Positions 8,155 to 17,047 of a DNA stretch of 32,000 nucleotides are shown here, in pieces. A program made the position numbers and the translations under genes. The stretch covers positions 60,001 to 92,000 of the forward strand of contig JAPLKZ010000005.1 of assembly GCA_026387835.1 (NCBI GenBank). The letters are read 5' to 3'. Every line of letters begins with the position of its first letter. Position 1 is the stretch's first letter. This DNA is from Candidatus Saganbacteria bacterium (GTDB lineage Bacteria; Margulisbacteria; WOR-1; JAKLHX01). The notes under the pieces are model-generated. The model was not told the origin of the DNA. It ran no database searches and worked only from the letters and a program-made list of their open reading frames with translations.

Positions 8155-9141
8155 TTACTTCTTTTCGAACGGGTGAATGATCTTCCAATCGTCCTTCATG
8201 CTCACAACCGTCCAGCCTTTGGACAGGGCCTGGTCAAGACCTTTGTCGAAGGGATCGCTGCACTTGCGGTCATAAGCCCACTCGCGCTTCGCATCGGTAT
8301 GATGTACATAAAGACAAAAATGGGGGCCGCTGCCAGCTGCTGTCCATTGCATCATCGGAAGGTCGTTATCGGAATTACCGAATGATGCGATCGGGTGTTT
8401 GCCGATTTGGGATTGGATACCGACGGGTTTGCCGTTTCCGGCGGAGATAAAATTCACTGCCGGCAGACCAACGATCACCGGTTTTCCGCTGCGAAGCTCA
8501 AACTTCGTCTTTATGCTGCTTCCTATGACTTGTTCGGGTACAACACCATAGGTCTTTTCCGACCACGGACGCATAAAATCGGTACTGCCACCGGAGACAA
8601 TGTAAGTTTTGAATCCGTTCGCGCGCATGTAGGCGAGCACCTCAAGCATTGGCTGAAAAATCATCTCTGTATATAGCCGCTTGGTCTTAGGATGCTTCGC
8701 GGTGGCGATCCAGTCAGTCACGAGTTTTTCATATTCATCCGTGGTTATCCCCGACTGAGTGGTTATCATCATTTCCGCAAGCGCGTTGTTTATGCCGCCG
8801 GCCATCGCGGAGTTCATGTCACCTTTGAGAATAGAAGCAAAAGGCTCCTTGCTTTTCCACTCCGGATGCTTTGGCGCAAGGGCTTTGATGCGGGATAAGA
8901 TAAAGTAGACCTGGGAAGCCTGCGGCTGCTCCGTCCAAAGCGTGCCGTCATTGTCAAAGGTGGCGATGCGTTTATTAACCGGCACAAAATCCCGCGAGCC
9001 GGGTTTTGTCACCTTCCCGACAAAGGCGATGATAGCTTTCTTCGGTGCGGTGTTGTTCCAGGATGGCAGGGGATCTACAACAGCTAAGGCTGCGTTTGCA
9101 AGCAGCAGAACGAGAAGACTTTTTGCAAATAAACTTTTCAC
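8155..9141 (-). CDS. Secreted HAD-superfamily phosphatase
   Basis: GTG start and a signal peptide ..ANAALA/VV. HAD motif I FDNDGTLW, motif II-like VSGGS, and a C-terminal GNSDNDLPM (motif IV, DxxD type). Confidence 0.75.
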   Translation of the reverse strand: MKSLFAKSLLVLLLANAALAVVDPLPSWNNTAPKKAIIAFVGKVTKPGSRDFVPVNKRIATFDNDGTLWTEQPQASQVYFILSRIKALAPKHPEWKSKEPFASILKGDMNSAMAGGINNALAEMMITTQSGITTDEYEKLVTDWIATAKHPKTKRLYTEMIFQPMLEVLAYMRANGFKTYIVSGGSTDFMRPWSEKTYGVVPEQVIGSSIKTKFELRSGKPVIVGLPAVNFISAGNGKPVGIQSQIGKHPIASFGNSDNDLPMMQWTAAGSGPHFCLYVHHTDAKREWAYDRKCSDPFDKGLDQALSKGWTVVSMKDDWKIIHPFEKK

Positions 9142-9143
9142 AA

Positions 9144-10913
9144 TTAATTACTCCCCGGAGCTGCATATTTACCCATCTTAGCCTGCATTTCCCTGCTCAA
9201 CTGTTTAATAAGCACTGCGTTATATGATCCGGTCGGAATCGGCTTAATGGTCGGATCCTTTGTTGGATTAACATTATATATGTCGAAACCAACTATCTGT
9301 TGTTCCGCAACAGCATATTCACGCGATCTTGCCGCGGGAGAGCCCTTTTTGACCGCCGGATCAACGTCGGTGGTGACGATCGAGATCGTATTGTCGCTGT
9401 TAAGGAATATCTCAAAAGTTCGGAACTGCTGCGGGAAATCCCGGAGCGAACAAGTCTCTACCTCCCAGAAGCCTTTTTCGGGAGCGTTGACCGGATCAGG
9501 CGATATAAATGCTTTAACAATATTCAAATGGCGGTGACCCGAGATCCACATCATAAAGTTCGGATGGCTCTGAAGTTCGGCTATCAGGCCCGGAAGCGAC
9601 ACGGCATTTTGAGGATCGGTCCACCATCCCATTTCGGACCTGGGTGCGGTCACTTCTACGTTTATCGGCACATGTGCAGCGATGATCATCAGCTGACATG
9701 CGGCATCTCCGGCAGCAAGTTCTTTTTTAAGCCAGGTCCAGCGTGCAGAGTCAAGAAAGCCATGGCCGTGCACATCATTAGAATTATCGTTTTCCTTTTG
9801 GGTATCATCGAGCACTATGACCTTTATAGGGACGGATGACTTCGGCACAAAGCTATAACATGCAAAACCCTTGTCCGCGTCGGCAGGATTAAATCCGTGT
9901 CCGGCAGGGTTTGATGAAGTATTGAAAAATTCTTTCATCCATTCATCCCTCTTGAGTGAACGGCGGTCAGGATCGGCCGCGACTTTTGGAGGGTTCTTAA
10001 AATCTGCAACAGGGCCTGCGTATCTGATCTTAACGTCAGAGGCCGAACAATCGAATACTCCCATATAGAAATCGTGTTTGTTTATATTCGCGGGGTTTCT
10101 CAGGATATCTCCCATGGCCATGACTTCGCTTGTTATGTAAGTCTGCCGGAAATCCTTTCTGAGGTTATAGTCCACAGGGACTGAACCGATCCAGAAATGA
10201 TCGTGGTTGCCGAGCGTCTGATACCAGGGGATAGACTTATCAAGCCCTGCCGCTTTGTAAGGTTTCTGATAATCGATGCTACCGGCACCGATATGAGCAC
10301 CGGAACTCGGGGTGATGACCTTGCCGTCAAGGACATCGATATACCATCTTGTTTCGTTGTACTGTGTGCTGTTAGCGGCATCGCCCAGAGAGATCCCGAA
10401 ATCAAAAGGATCTTTTTTGTTTAGAGCATTTATCGTCTGTACTGCCGCATCAAGGACATGTGTTGTATACATCATGACCCCTGAACATAGCGAAGCGCTG
10501 ATCGGCAATGCTTTGTATATATGGGAAAGATAGATCGCCTGATTGGGAGCTTCTTTATCGGTAATATGTATGTCGGATATTGTAAAGAAATTTAAAAGTT
10601 TAGTTTTTTTAGTTACCGATGCACCTTTGTAAGTTGCCGGCATTATATCGGTCCTCACGTCTGCTTTGGCAGGACCGCCATACTTCCAGCTGCCATAGCC
10701 ATATTGTTTGTATTTTGAGAATTCATCAAGAGCGATCGATACAGGCGGTTTTGGGCCGGGTTTGATCGTCCTTTGGAGCGTCGTAAAAACATCAGAAGAG
10801 ATCGGGTATCCCTGGAGCTGACCGCTGCTTTTTAAGCATCCGAATAAAGAAAAGACCAGCATAGCCGCTAAAAAGACAAAACAGGACCTTTTAAACTCAT
10901 AAGACTTTTTCAT
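9144..10913 (-). CDS. Lipoprotein metallophosphoesterase (calcineurin-like; resembles the TIGR03768-type family)
   Basis: Lipobox LFG-C. Metallophosphoesterase motifs ISDIHITD, GDAANSTQYNE, GNHDHFW, AAHVP and SGHRH. Strong RBS AAGGAGGG. Confidence 0.8.
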   Translation of the reverse strand: MKKSYEFKRSCFVFLAAMLVFSLFGCLKSSGQLQGYPISSDVFTTLQRTIKPGPKPPVSIALDEFSKYKQYGYGSWKYGGPAKADVRTDIMPATYKGASVTKKTKLLNFFTISDIHITDKEAPNQAIYLSHIYKALPISASLCSGVMMYTTHVLDAAVQTINALNKKDPFDFGISLGDAANSTQYNETRWYIDVLDGKVITPSSGAHIGAGSIDYQKPYKAAGLDKSIPWYQTLGNHDHFWIGSVPVDYNLRKDFRQTYITSEVMAMGDILRNPANINKHDFYMGVFDCSASDVKIRYAGPVADFKNPPKVAADPDRRSLKRDEWMKEFFNTSSNPAGHGFNPADADKGFACYSFVPKSSVPIKVIVLDDTQKENDNSNDVHGHGFLDSARWTWLKKELAAGDAACQLMIIAAHVPINVEVTAPRSEMGWWTDPQNAVSLPGLIAELQSHPNFMMWISGHRHLNIVKAFISPDPVNAPEKGFWEVETCSLRDFPQQFRTFEIFLNSDNTISIVTTDVDPAVKKGSPAARSREYAVAEQQIVGFDIYNVNPTKDPTIKPIPTGSYNAVLIKQLSREMQAKMGKYAAPGSN

Positions 10914-10924
10914 AAACCCTCCTT

Positions 10925-11905
10925 TTAGAACTTATATGCAACACCTACATTATGATTGAAATTCGCGGCGAATTTATCGGCTGAAAGCCATAAGAAGCTG
11001 TAATAGCCGATATCAAGCTTGTCGTCGATCTTATAGCTGTATCCCAGGGTTACCGCGCCGTCAGGATTTGTCCTGTAATTATATATCCCGGCCCTGAATG
11101 AACTTCTGGTCCAAAAATTTTCTTTGTCCTTGGCCTGCGGGGTATACTCAAAGCCTGCCGAATAATAAGGATCACCATAACTTCTGAAAGCATCATAGAT
11201 ACCGGCATTGACCACCAGTCCTTTTAACTTCCCCTCGGGCATCCAGGCTATGGAAGGCCTGAAATTCACGCCATCACCAACAGAGTTGCTGAATTCCTGT
11301 TTCCATCCGGGGATGTCAGGAGATGTTGTATAACCCGACAACAGCCAGAAATTCTCGCAATGTACGCCGAGAGACCATTCTTTGTTCATTCTCCACAGGT
11401 AATCAAGATGTATCTGATTTTGGACGGTATCGGTCATTACCCTGGTCCCGAAAGGAGATCCGTAATCTTCCGACCGATAGTAAAAATAACCTATACCAAG
11501 AGACATAGTTTCGTTCCAGGGAAGCCTGAATCCTATGCTCGGCGAAAGCGCGACCGCTCCTCCTCCGCTCCACTCCCCGGCAAAGGTCCAGCCTAAATTC
11601 CCGTTTATCTTATGGGCGAAATTGACGGAGTCATAATATGAATTACCGACCCTTGCTTCCCTATTGAATAAACCGTCGTTGTCCAAAAACCGGGTCGTCA
11701 GAATGATCTGGTTTTCTCCATTTTTCCACTTATCCAACTGGGCAACGCCCGCCCTGTTCCAGTAAGCGCAGTTCGCGTCATCAGCCACGGCGACAAATGT
11801 GCCGCCCATTCCCATGGGACGGTAACCCCAGCACGCAAACGAGGTCTCAAGGAACATCACGGTCATCATCAGAAAAACGAATAAAACAAAAATCAGCTTT
11901 TTCAT
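10925..11905 (-). CDS. Outer-membrane beta-barrel (porin-like) protein, first gene of the phosphoesterase operon
   Basis: Signal peptide present. Aromatic-girdle-rich alternating strands. C-terminal ..VGVAYKF with a terminal Phe. RBS GAGGAGG. Confidence 0.6.
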   Translation of the reverse strand: MKKLIFVLFVFLMMTVMFLETSFACWGYRPMGMGGTFVAVADDANCAYWNRAGVAQLDKWKNGENQIILTTRFLDNDGLFNREARVGNSYYDSVNFAHKINGNLGWTFAGEWSGGGAVALSPSIGFRLPWNETMSLGIGYFYYRSEDYGSPFGTRVMTDTVQNQIHLDYLWRMNKEWSLGVHCENFWLLSGYTTSPDIPGWKQEFSNSVGDGVNFRPSIAWMPEGKLKGLVVNAGIYDAFRSYGDPYYSAGFEYTPQAKDKENFWTRSSFRAGIYNYRTNPDGAVTLGYSYKIDDKLDIGYYSFLWLSADKFAANFNHNVGVAYKF

Positions 11906-11977
11906 GCTTGCCTCCTCTGTTATGCCAAAATTTACAAATTACCAACATTCAACGAATATTTTATAAATATTGAATAT

Positions 11978-12006
11978 ATCTTATAATGGAGACTGCATGA
12001 TGTCAA
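11978..12006 (-). promoter_or_regulatory. Candidate promoter of the minus-strand operon (TTGACA ... TATAAG/TAAGAT)
   Basis: On the minus strand, TTGACA lies at 12006-12001, followed after 15-17 nt by TATAAG/TAAGAT (11985-11978). It is divergent from the plus-strand promoter at 12016. Confidence 0.3.
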
Positions 12007-12015
12007 GAAATTCTT

Positions 12016-12044
12016 TTGACAGCTGCTAAAAATTCTATTATACT
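12016..12044 (+). promoter_or_regulatory. Sigma70-like promoter (TTGACA-17 nt-TATACT)
   Basis: -35 at 12016-12021 and -10 at 12039-12044. RBS AAAGGAG precedes the ATG at 12067. Confidence 0.5.
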
Positions 12045-12066
12045 TTAACCAAAAAAGGAGTAATAA

Positions 12067-13302
12067 ATGAGAAAGACCGTTCTATTGTTCTGTGTCTTTG
12101 GTCTCTTTGCAGTTTCCTTCTTCTTGTCTTCCTGCGGCGGTCTTTCTCTGCGCAAGGCGGCCGTTTTTGAGGGCGGGATCCTTTACCGGACCGCCAATGA
12201 TAAATTTTATGTTCCGGTCCTTAAAGGGAGCTGGCGGGAGATGGGGCGGCAATACGGAGGTCTGCTCAAGCCACAGCTGAACGAATTCTATAATTCAGTC
12301 ACAGACTATCTCACTTCTGAGGGGATATCTTATAAAGACCAAAAAGCGAGCGCATACGCGCTTTTTAATACTTATACTGACCGCCGCCTCAAGGAGCTCG
12401 TTTATGGCATGGCGGAAACCTCCGGCCTTGGCAATGAAAAGCAGATAATGGTGAACGCGGCTTTTATGAACCTGGCGCAGTATGCCGGGATTTGGGCCGA
12501 GAAAGCAAACAAGCCAAAGACCAAAAAAGGCTGCAGCGGCGTTGCTGTATGGGACAACTACAGCCATGACGGCAAAATGATCTTCGGCCGTGATTGGGAT
12601 TTCTATTCAGTCGCATACTGGAAAAGATGGCTGCCCTCGCTGACCATTGCGGTATTCAATCCTGACGACGGATCCAACAGTGTCGCCGATATAGAATTTC
12701 TTGGATCGATCTTTACCGAGACCGCCATTAATAACAAAGGTATCTTCGCGGAATTGAACAATGGCATGCAGTCAGATCCGACTTTGACCAAAGGAAGGAC
12801 TCAGGGCCCTGTATCCCTGCTTTCTTTCATGTTTGATTGTTCAACCATAGACGAGTTTGAAAAAACAATCGAGAAGACTCCTGACGATGTATCCTATATC
12901 ATCCAGGTGGCAGGAAAAGATGCTGCCTATTCTTTTGAATGGCCCACATGGGGAGTGAGAAGAAGATCGGAAAAAGAGAGTGGATATCTGGTCGCTTACA
13001 ATAGTTTTGTCAGGCCTTTGCCTGTCTCATGGGAAAAAAAAGTTCCCCCGCCAGTTCCCCAGGATACGCGCAGAAATAATCTGCTCTCGCTGGTAAGTTC
13101 AAAAAAATACAAGGGCAGGATCGATGTCCCCGCGATGAAGGAAATACTCGGTATCTCATGGGAAGCCGGCGGGTCTACTCATGGCGGCACAGCTTATCAG
13201 GTAATAACGGCTCCCGGAGATCAAACGGTTTGGCTTAAGGGGATAGGGTATTCTGACTGGGAAAAGATCGATCTCAAACCGCTGTTCAGACGTAAAACTT
13301 GA
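12067..13302 (+). CDS. Lipoprotein, C45-peptidase / acyl-CoA:6-APA acyltransferase-like Ntn hydrolase
   Basis: Lipobox LSS-C. An internal KKG-CSGVAVWD resembles the autoprocessing Gly-Cys nucleophile site of the C45/choloylglycine-type Ntn hydrolase family. The family call is from memory of that pattern only. Confidence 0.55.
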   Translation: MRKTVLLFCVFGLFAVSFFLSSCGGLSLRKAAVFEGGILYRTANDKFYVPVLKGSWREMGRQYGGLLKPQLNEFYNSVTDYLTSEGISYKDQKASAYALFNTYTDRRLKELVYGMAETSGLGNEKQIMVNAAFMNLAQYAGIWAEKANKPKTKKGCSGVAVWDNYSHDGKMIFGRDWDFYSVAYWKRWLPSLTIAVFNPDDGSNSVADIEFLGSIFTETAINNKGIFAELNNGMQSDPTLTKGRTQGPVSLLSFMFDCSTIDEFEKTIEKTPDDVSYIIQVAGKDAAYSFEWPTWGVRRRSEKESGYLVAYNSFVRPLPVSWEKKVPPPVPQDTRRNNLLSLVSSKKYKGRIDVPAMKEILGISWEAGGSTHGGTAYQVITAPGDQTVWLKGIGYSDWEKIDLKPLFRRKT

Positions 13303-13316
13303 AAATAATAACAAAT

Positions 13317-13340
13317 AAAAAAACCTGCGAAAATCGCAGG
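13317..13340 (-). terminator. Hairpin with U-tract oriented for the minus strand
   Basis: Stem CCTGCGA / TCGCAGG (13324-13330 / 13334-13340). The run of 7 A on the plus strand (13317-13323) reads as a T-tract only on the minus strand. There is no T-tract on the plus side. Confidence 0.4.
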
Positions 13341-13532
13341 GTCTGTAATACAAAAAAGAAACTTGTCTTGAGCGAGCAGAGAGCTTGTCAAGCTGCGAGT
13401 CGGAAGACCCCCCATATTCACTCATCATAAAATATAAATATTGAAATTTCGCAAAAAAGCTTACGATGATATTATAGCGGGTCAAGCGTCCGGAGTTAAT
13501 TGCCCGCTCAATAAAAGGAAGAACGGAAAAAA

Positions 13533-14312
13533 ATGGGAGCAATTGGTACGGTCATCAGAGGAATGAGAGTGACAGAGCTGAACCCGGCAAGAGCGATCTT
13601 AAATCCTGTATATATGAGAGTGGAAGTAAAAATCCCGGATATAGTACGGATAACAGGCGGGACATTCAGGATGGGAAGCAGTGTATTACATGAATCGCCG
13701 ATAAGAACGATTTCACTGAGCGATTACGGTATGGGTAAATATCCTGTGACAAACGGCGAATATCTTGGTTATCTTCAGATAATGGAAAGAAAAGTCCCTG
13801 ATCTCGTGGCCGATCAAGCATTGGCGTTGCATCCGGTGGTAAATGTATCGTGGAACGACGCGACTGAATACTGCAAGTTCCTGACAGAGATAACGGGCAG
13901 GAACTTCAACCTGCCTACGGAAGCGCAATGGGAGTTCGCGGCAAGGGGCACCGAAGGAAGAGAATGTCCGTGGGGCGGAGCCTCTCACGAAGGACGCGTT
14001 AATTTCAACAGCAGCGGAACAACACCTGTTGACAGGTATCCTGACGGCGCTACTCCTTCAGGGATATTCGATATGTCGGGTAATGCCTGGGAATGGTGCG
14101 CTGATTGTTATCGTACATATGCGGGCGATAATTTGACAGATCCGCAAGGTCCTGACAGCGGCAATCGTAAGGTGCTGCGCGGCGGTTCATGGGCTTTCAA
14201 CTGTCCGGATTACCGGCGCGCCGCGTACCGGGGAAACAGCGATCCCGGGGGCCGGAACGGCAATATCGGGTTTCGTGTTTCCGAGCGGTATATCGCAATG
14301 AAAATTGCGTGA
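13533..14312 (+). CDS. Formylglycine-generating-enzyme (SUMF1/EgtB/PvdO) family protein
   Basis: GGTFRMGS, PVVNVSWNDATEYCKFL, LPTEAQWEFAARG, GNAWEWCAD, LRGGSW and GFRV form the classic FGE-sulfatase domain motif series. No signal peptide is seen. Confidence 0.8.
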   Translation: MGAIGTVIRGMRVTELNPARAILNPVYMRVEVKIPDIVRITGGTFRMGSSVLHESPIRTISLSDYGMGKYPVTNGEYLGYLQIMERKVPDLVADQALALHPVVNVSWNDATEYCKFLTEITGRNFNLPTEAQWEFAARGTEGRECPWGGASHEGRVNFNSSGTTPVDRYPDGATPSGIFDMSGNAWEWCADCYRTYAGDNLTDPQGPDSGNRKVLRGGSWAFNCPDYRRAAYRGNSDPGGRNGNIGFRVSERYIAMKIA

Positions 14313-14358
14313 AATTCCCGATTTTTATCAACGAAGAATATGCAGGAAGGAAAAAGAA

Positions 14359-16896
14359 ATGCAATTTCAAATAAGCAGCACAGCCGGTCTTATGCCGGCC
14401 GCGGACCAAGGGGCCGCCAATAAGATCCAGGACAGAACCACGCCGAACACACTGCTTCTTGCTATGGGCAAAAGACCCGCAAGAGATGTTGATGCCAAAA
14501 CAAAAAACAGCGAAGGCCGAGATGCATTGGGGAGTGCAATATTAAAGGGTGATACAAAGAAGGTAAAAGCCCTGATCGCTTCCGGCGTGGACGTTAAAGG
14601 AAGTGATAATGGCAATAGTATATTAAGTCTAGCCGTGTTCACATACAATACGGATATTATAAAAGCGTTGATCGACGCCGGGGCCAGTGTGAACTCAACG
14701 GACAGTAAAGGAGAAACCGCGTTGATGCAGGCGGCTTCATACGGTAAAGCGGATATATTAAAAGTATTGATCGGGGCCGGCGCTGACATAAACACGGAGA
14801 ATAAAGATGGTCAGTCTGCGCTGATGAAAGCCGCGATAAACGGCAAAGAGGATGTGGTAAAAATATTAATCGCTGCCGGGGCGGTTGTTGATAAAAAAGC
14901 TTTGAATGAAGTTAATTTTTACACAGACGGTAGCGGGGGAGCTCTTAGCGATACATTGCTTATAAGGGCAGCAAAAAATGGGAATGTCGATACAGTAAAA
15001 GCATTGATCGCCGCCGGGGCCGATGTTGAAGTAAAAAATTGTCTTTGGTCTATGGTGAGGCCAGATCGGACTAAACATTACGATGATGAAACAGCTTTAA
15101 TTGCGGCGGCATGGCAAGACAAAGCGGAAATAGTGAAGATATTGATCGCTGCGGGCGCGGATATTGAAGAAAGAGATTATTATCATAGAACGGCACTGAT
15201 GTGTGCCGCATCTTGCGGCAATACCAACACAGTAAGAACATTGATAAATTCAGGCGCGGATATAAAGGCAAAGAATAAAGACGGACGAACAGCATTGATG
15301 CAGGCCGCATTGGAAAGGGAAATCGGCGCAGTAAAAATATTGCTTGCTTCGGGAGCTGTTGAGGATAAAGCTGTTTTGAACGCAAAAGATAAAGACGGCA
15401 ATACTGAGCTGATATCAGCCGCGGGATCTTCCGTTTTCCGTGAAACCGATTCAGTAAAAGCTTTGGAATCATTGATTGCTATAGGAGCTGATCTGAACGC
15501 GACAAATGATAAAGGCGATACAGCGCTGACAGAGGCCGCAAGATCGGGTCATGCGGACATATTAAAAGCATTAATTACCGCAGGGGCTGATCTGAACGTA
15601 AAGAACAATGACTGGAATACGGCGATGATAGAAGCCGCGAGGCGAGGTTATGTGGTCATGGTAAAAGCTTTGATCGTTGCGGGGGCTGACGTGAACGAAA
15701 AAAGCAAGGAAGGGAAAACGTCCCTGGATTATATTAAAGATAACAAGGACAGTATCTTGAAACCATTTTATAGGGATATTGTTTCATTATTGGATAAAAG
15801 AATGAAAAGTGCCCCGATTAAAACCGCGACAAAAAATAATTACTGTCCTCCTCAATTGTCTCCATCCATAAAGGAGGGCATAACGAATGTGACAAGAGCA
15901 TTAATTCCAAAAAAGTCTGATATGAACACAAGTAACCGCAATGATAGTCTAATAACAGCTGTGCACAATGACGAAATAACACAAGCAAAAGCACTAATTG
16001 GCGCGGGGGCTGATCTGAACGCAAGAAATAACAAGGGTGATACAGCATTAATGATTGCCGCATATTTAGGCAAAATGGACATGTTAGCTTTATTGCTCGC
16101 CGTGGGGGCTGATCCGAACGCAAGAGATAACACGGGTAATACAGCATTAATGCATACCGCAGGTTGGGGCAAAATTGACATATTGACCTTACTGATCGCC
16201 GCTGGAGCTGATGTGAGCGCAAGAAATGATCTGGGGGGAAAAGCTTTAGATTTCGCTAAAAGGAGAATGTATAGATTTGAATCTGGATATTTGAGCCGTG
16301 AAGATAAGGAGGTTATATCTTTTCTTGAAGAAATAACGCAAAACCTGAAGACCTGGAAAAAAGAAAAAGGAAAAGACAAAGAAGTTCCAACAGCACTTAT
16401 AAAAGCCATATCCGTTGATAACACGGACAAGATAAGATCATTGGTCAATGCCGGGGCTGATCTGAACGAAACGGACAAATACGGCCTGACAGCATTGATG
16501 TGGGCGGGAAAAATGGGCAGAACAAGATCAGTCAAAGCTTTGATCGAACTCGGGGCTGATGTGAAAATTAAAAGGAAAAACGGTTATACAGTGCTTATGG
16601 ATGCCGCCAGGCACGGTCATTTGGAAACGATAAATGCCCTGATCGCGGCAGGAGCTGATGTGAACGCAAAAGATAATGACGGGGAAACAGCTCTTATGAA
16701 AGCCCTGGCCTCATATAACTACGATGTTAATATTGACGTAATAAAAATATTGATCGCCAAAGGAGCTGATGTAAATATCAAAGACCGCAAAGGGGATACG
16801 GCCTTGGATCATCTCAAAAATAATACATATTTAGAAAACGAAAAAAAAGCAGAAGTTATTCAATTATTGACAGAAAAACATAAAATCGGGAAATAG
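14359..16896 (+). CDS. Giant ankyrin-repeat protein (846 aa, at least 18 ANK repeats in three blocks)
   Basis: The consensus TALM.AA..G....VK.LI.AGADVNA recurs at least 18 times. The start is set at ATG 14359 (RBS AGGAAGGA) rather than the overlapping upstream ATG at 14305. No signal peptide. Confidence 0.9.
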   Translation: MQFQISSTAGLMPAADQGAANKIQDRTTPNTLLLAMGKRPARDVDAKTKNSEGRDALGSAILKGDTKKVKALIASGVDVKGSDNGNSILSLAVFTYNTDIIKALIDAGASVNSTDSKGETALMQAASYGKADILKVLIGAGADINTENKDGQSALMKAAINGKEDVVKILIAAGAVVDKKALNEVNFYTDGSGGALSDTLLIRAAKNGNVDTVKALIAAGADVEVKNCLWSMVRPDRTKHYDDETALIAAAWQDKAEIVKILIAAGADIEERDYYHRTALMCAASCGNTNTVRTLINSGADIKAKNKDGRTALMQAALEREIGAVKILLASGAVEDKAVLNAKDKDGNTELISAAGSSVFRETDSVKALESLIAIGADLNATNDKGDTALTEAARSGHADILKALITAGADLNVKNNDWNTAMIEAARRGYVVMVKALIVAGADVNEKSKEGKTSLDYIKDNKDSILKPFYRDIVSLLDKRMKSAPIKTATKNNYCPPQLSPSIKEGITNVTRALIPKKSDMNTSNRNDSLITAVHNDEITQAKALIGAGADLNARNNKGDTALMIAAYLGKMDMLALLLAVGADPNARDNTGNTALMHTAGWGKIDILTLLIAAGADVSARNDLGGKALDFAKRRMYRFESGYLSREDKEVISFLEEITQNLKTWKKEKGKDKEVPTALIKAISVDNTDKIRSLVNAGADLNETDKYGLTALMWAGKMGRTRSVKALIELGADVKIKRKNGYTVLMDAARHGHLETINALIAAGADVNAKDNDGETALMKALASYNYDVNIDVIKILIAKGADVNIKDRKGDTALDHLKNNTYLENEKKAEVIQLLTEKHKIGK

Positions 16897-17047
16897 CCCT
16901 CTTTATTCTGGCTTCGCTTGTAGAAAAATATATCTCTTTACAATCCAACTTGCAAAAACATTTTACTAATCACAAAATAAATGTTAAAATAATTTCCAAC
17001 TTAAACCCTCAAAACTCAGCATGATTTATACAACGGGAGGTTTGTTT

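Noticed and set aside
8149-10533. Numerous 60-180-aa plus-strand ORFs opposite the HAD and metallophosphoesterase genes (for example 9300..9839)
   Set aside because: They are antisense to genes with clear catalytic motifs. No RBSs are present, and the compositions are typical antisense-frame Arg/Ser-rich.
13156-13542. 128-aa and 66-aa minus-strand ORFs across the 13303-13532 intergenic region
   Set aside because: They overlap the 3' end of the C45-like gene and the FGE start. The sequence is low-complexity and would read through the hairpin. There is no start context.
14367-16535. Long antisense ORFs in the ankyrin gene (142, 133, 134 and 227 aa) and the recurring GGGGCTGATCTGAACG-type nucleotide repeats
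   Set aside because: The antisense frames stay open only because of the biased, repetitive ANK codon pattern. The DNA repeats are in-frame ANK consensus (GADLN) with variable spacing. They are not a CRISPR array or a non-coding tandem repeat.
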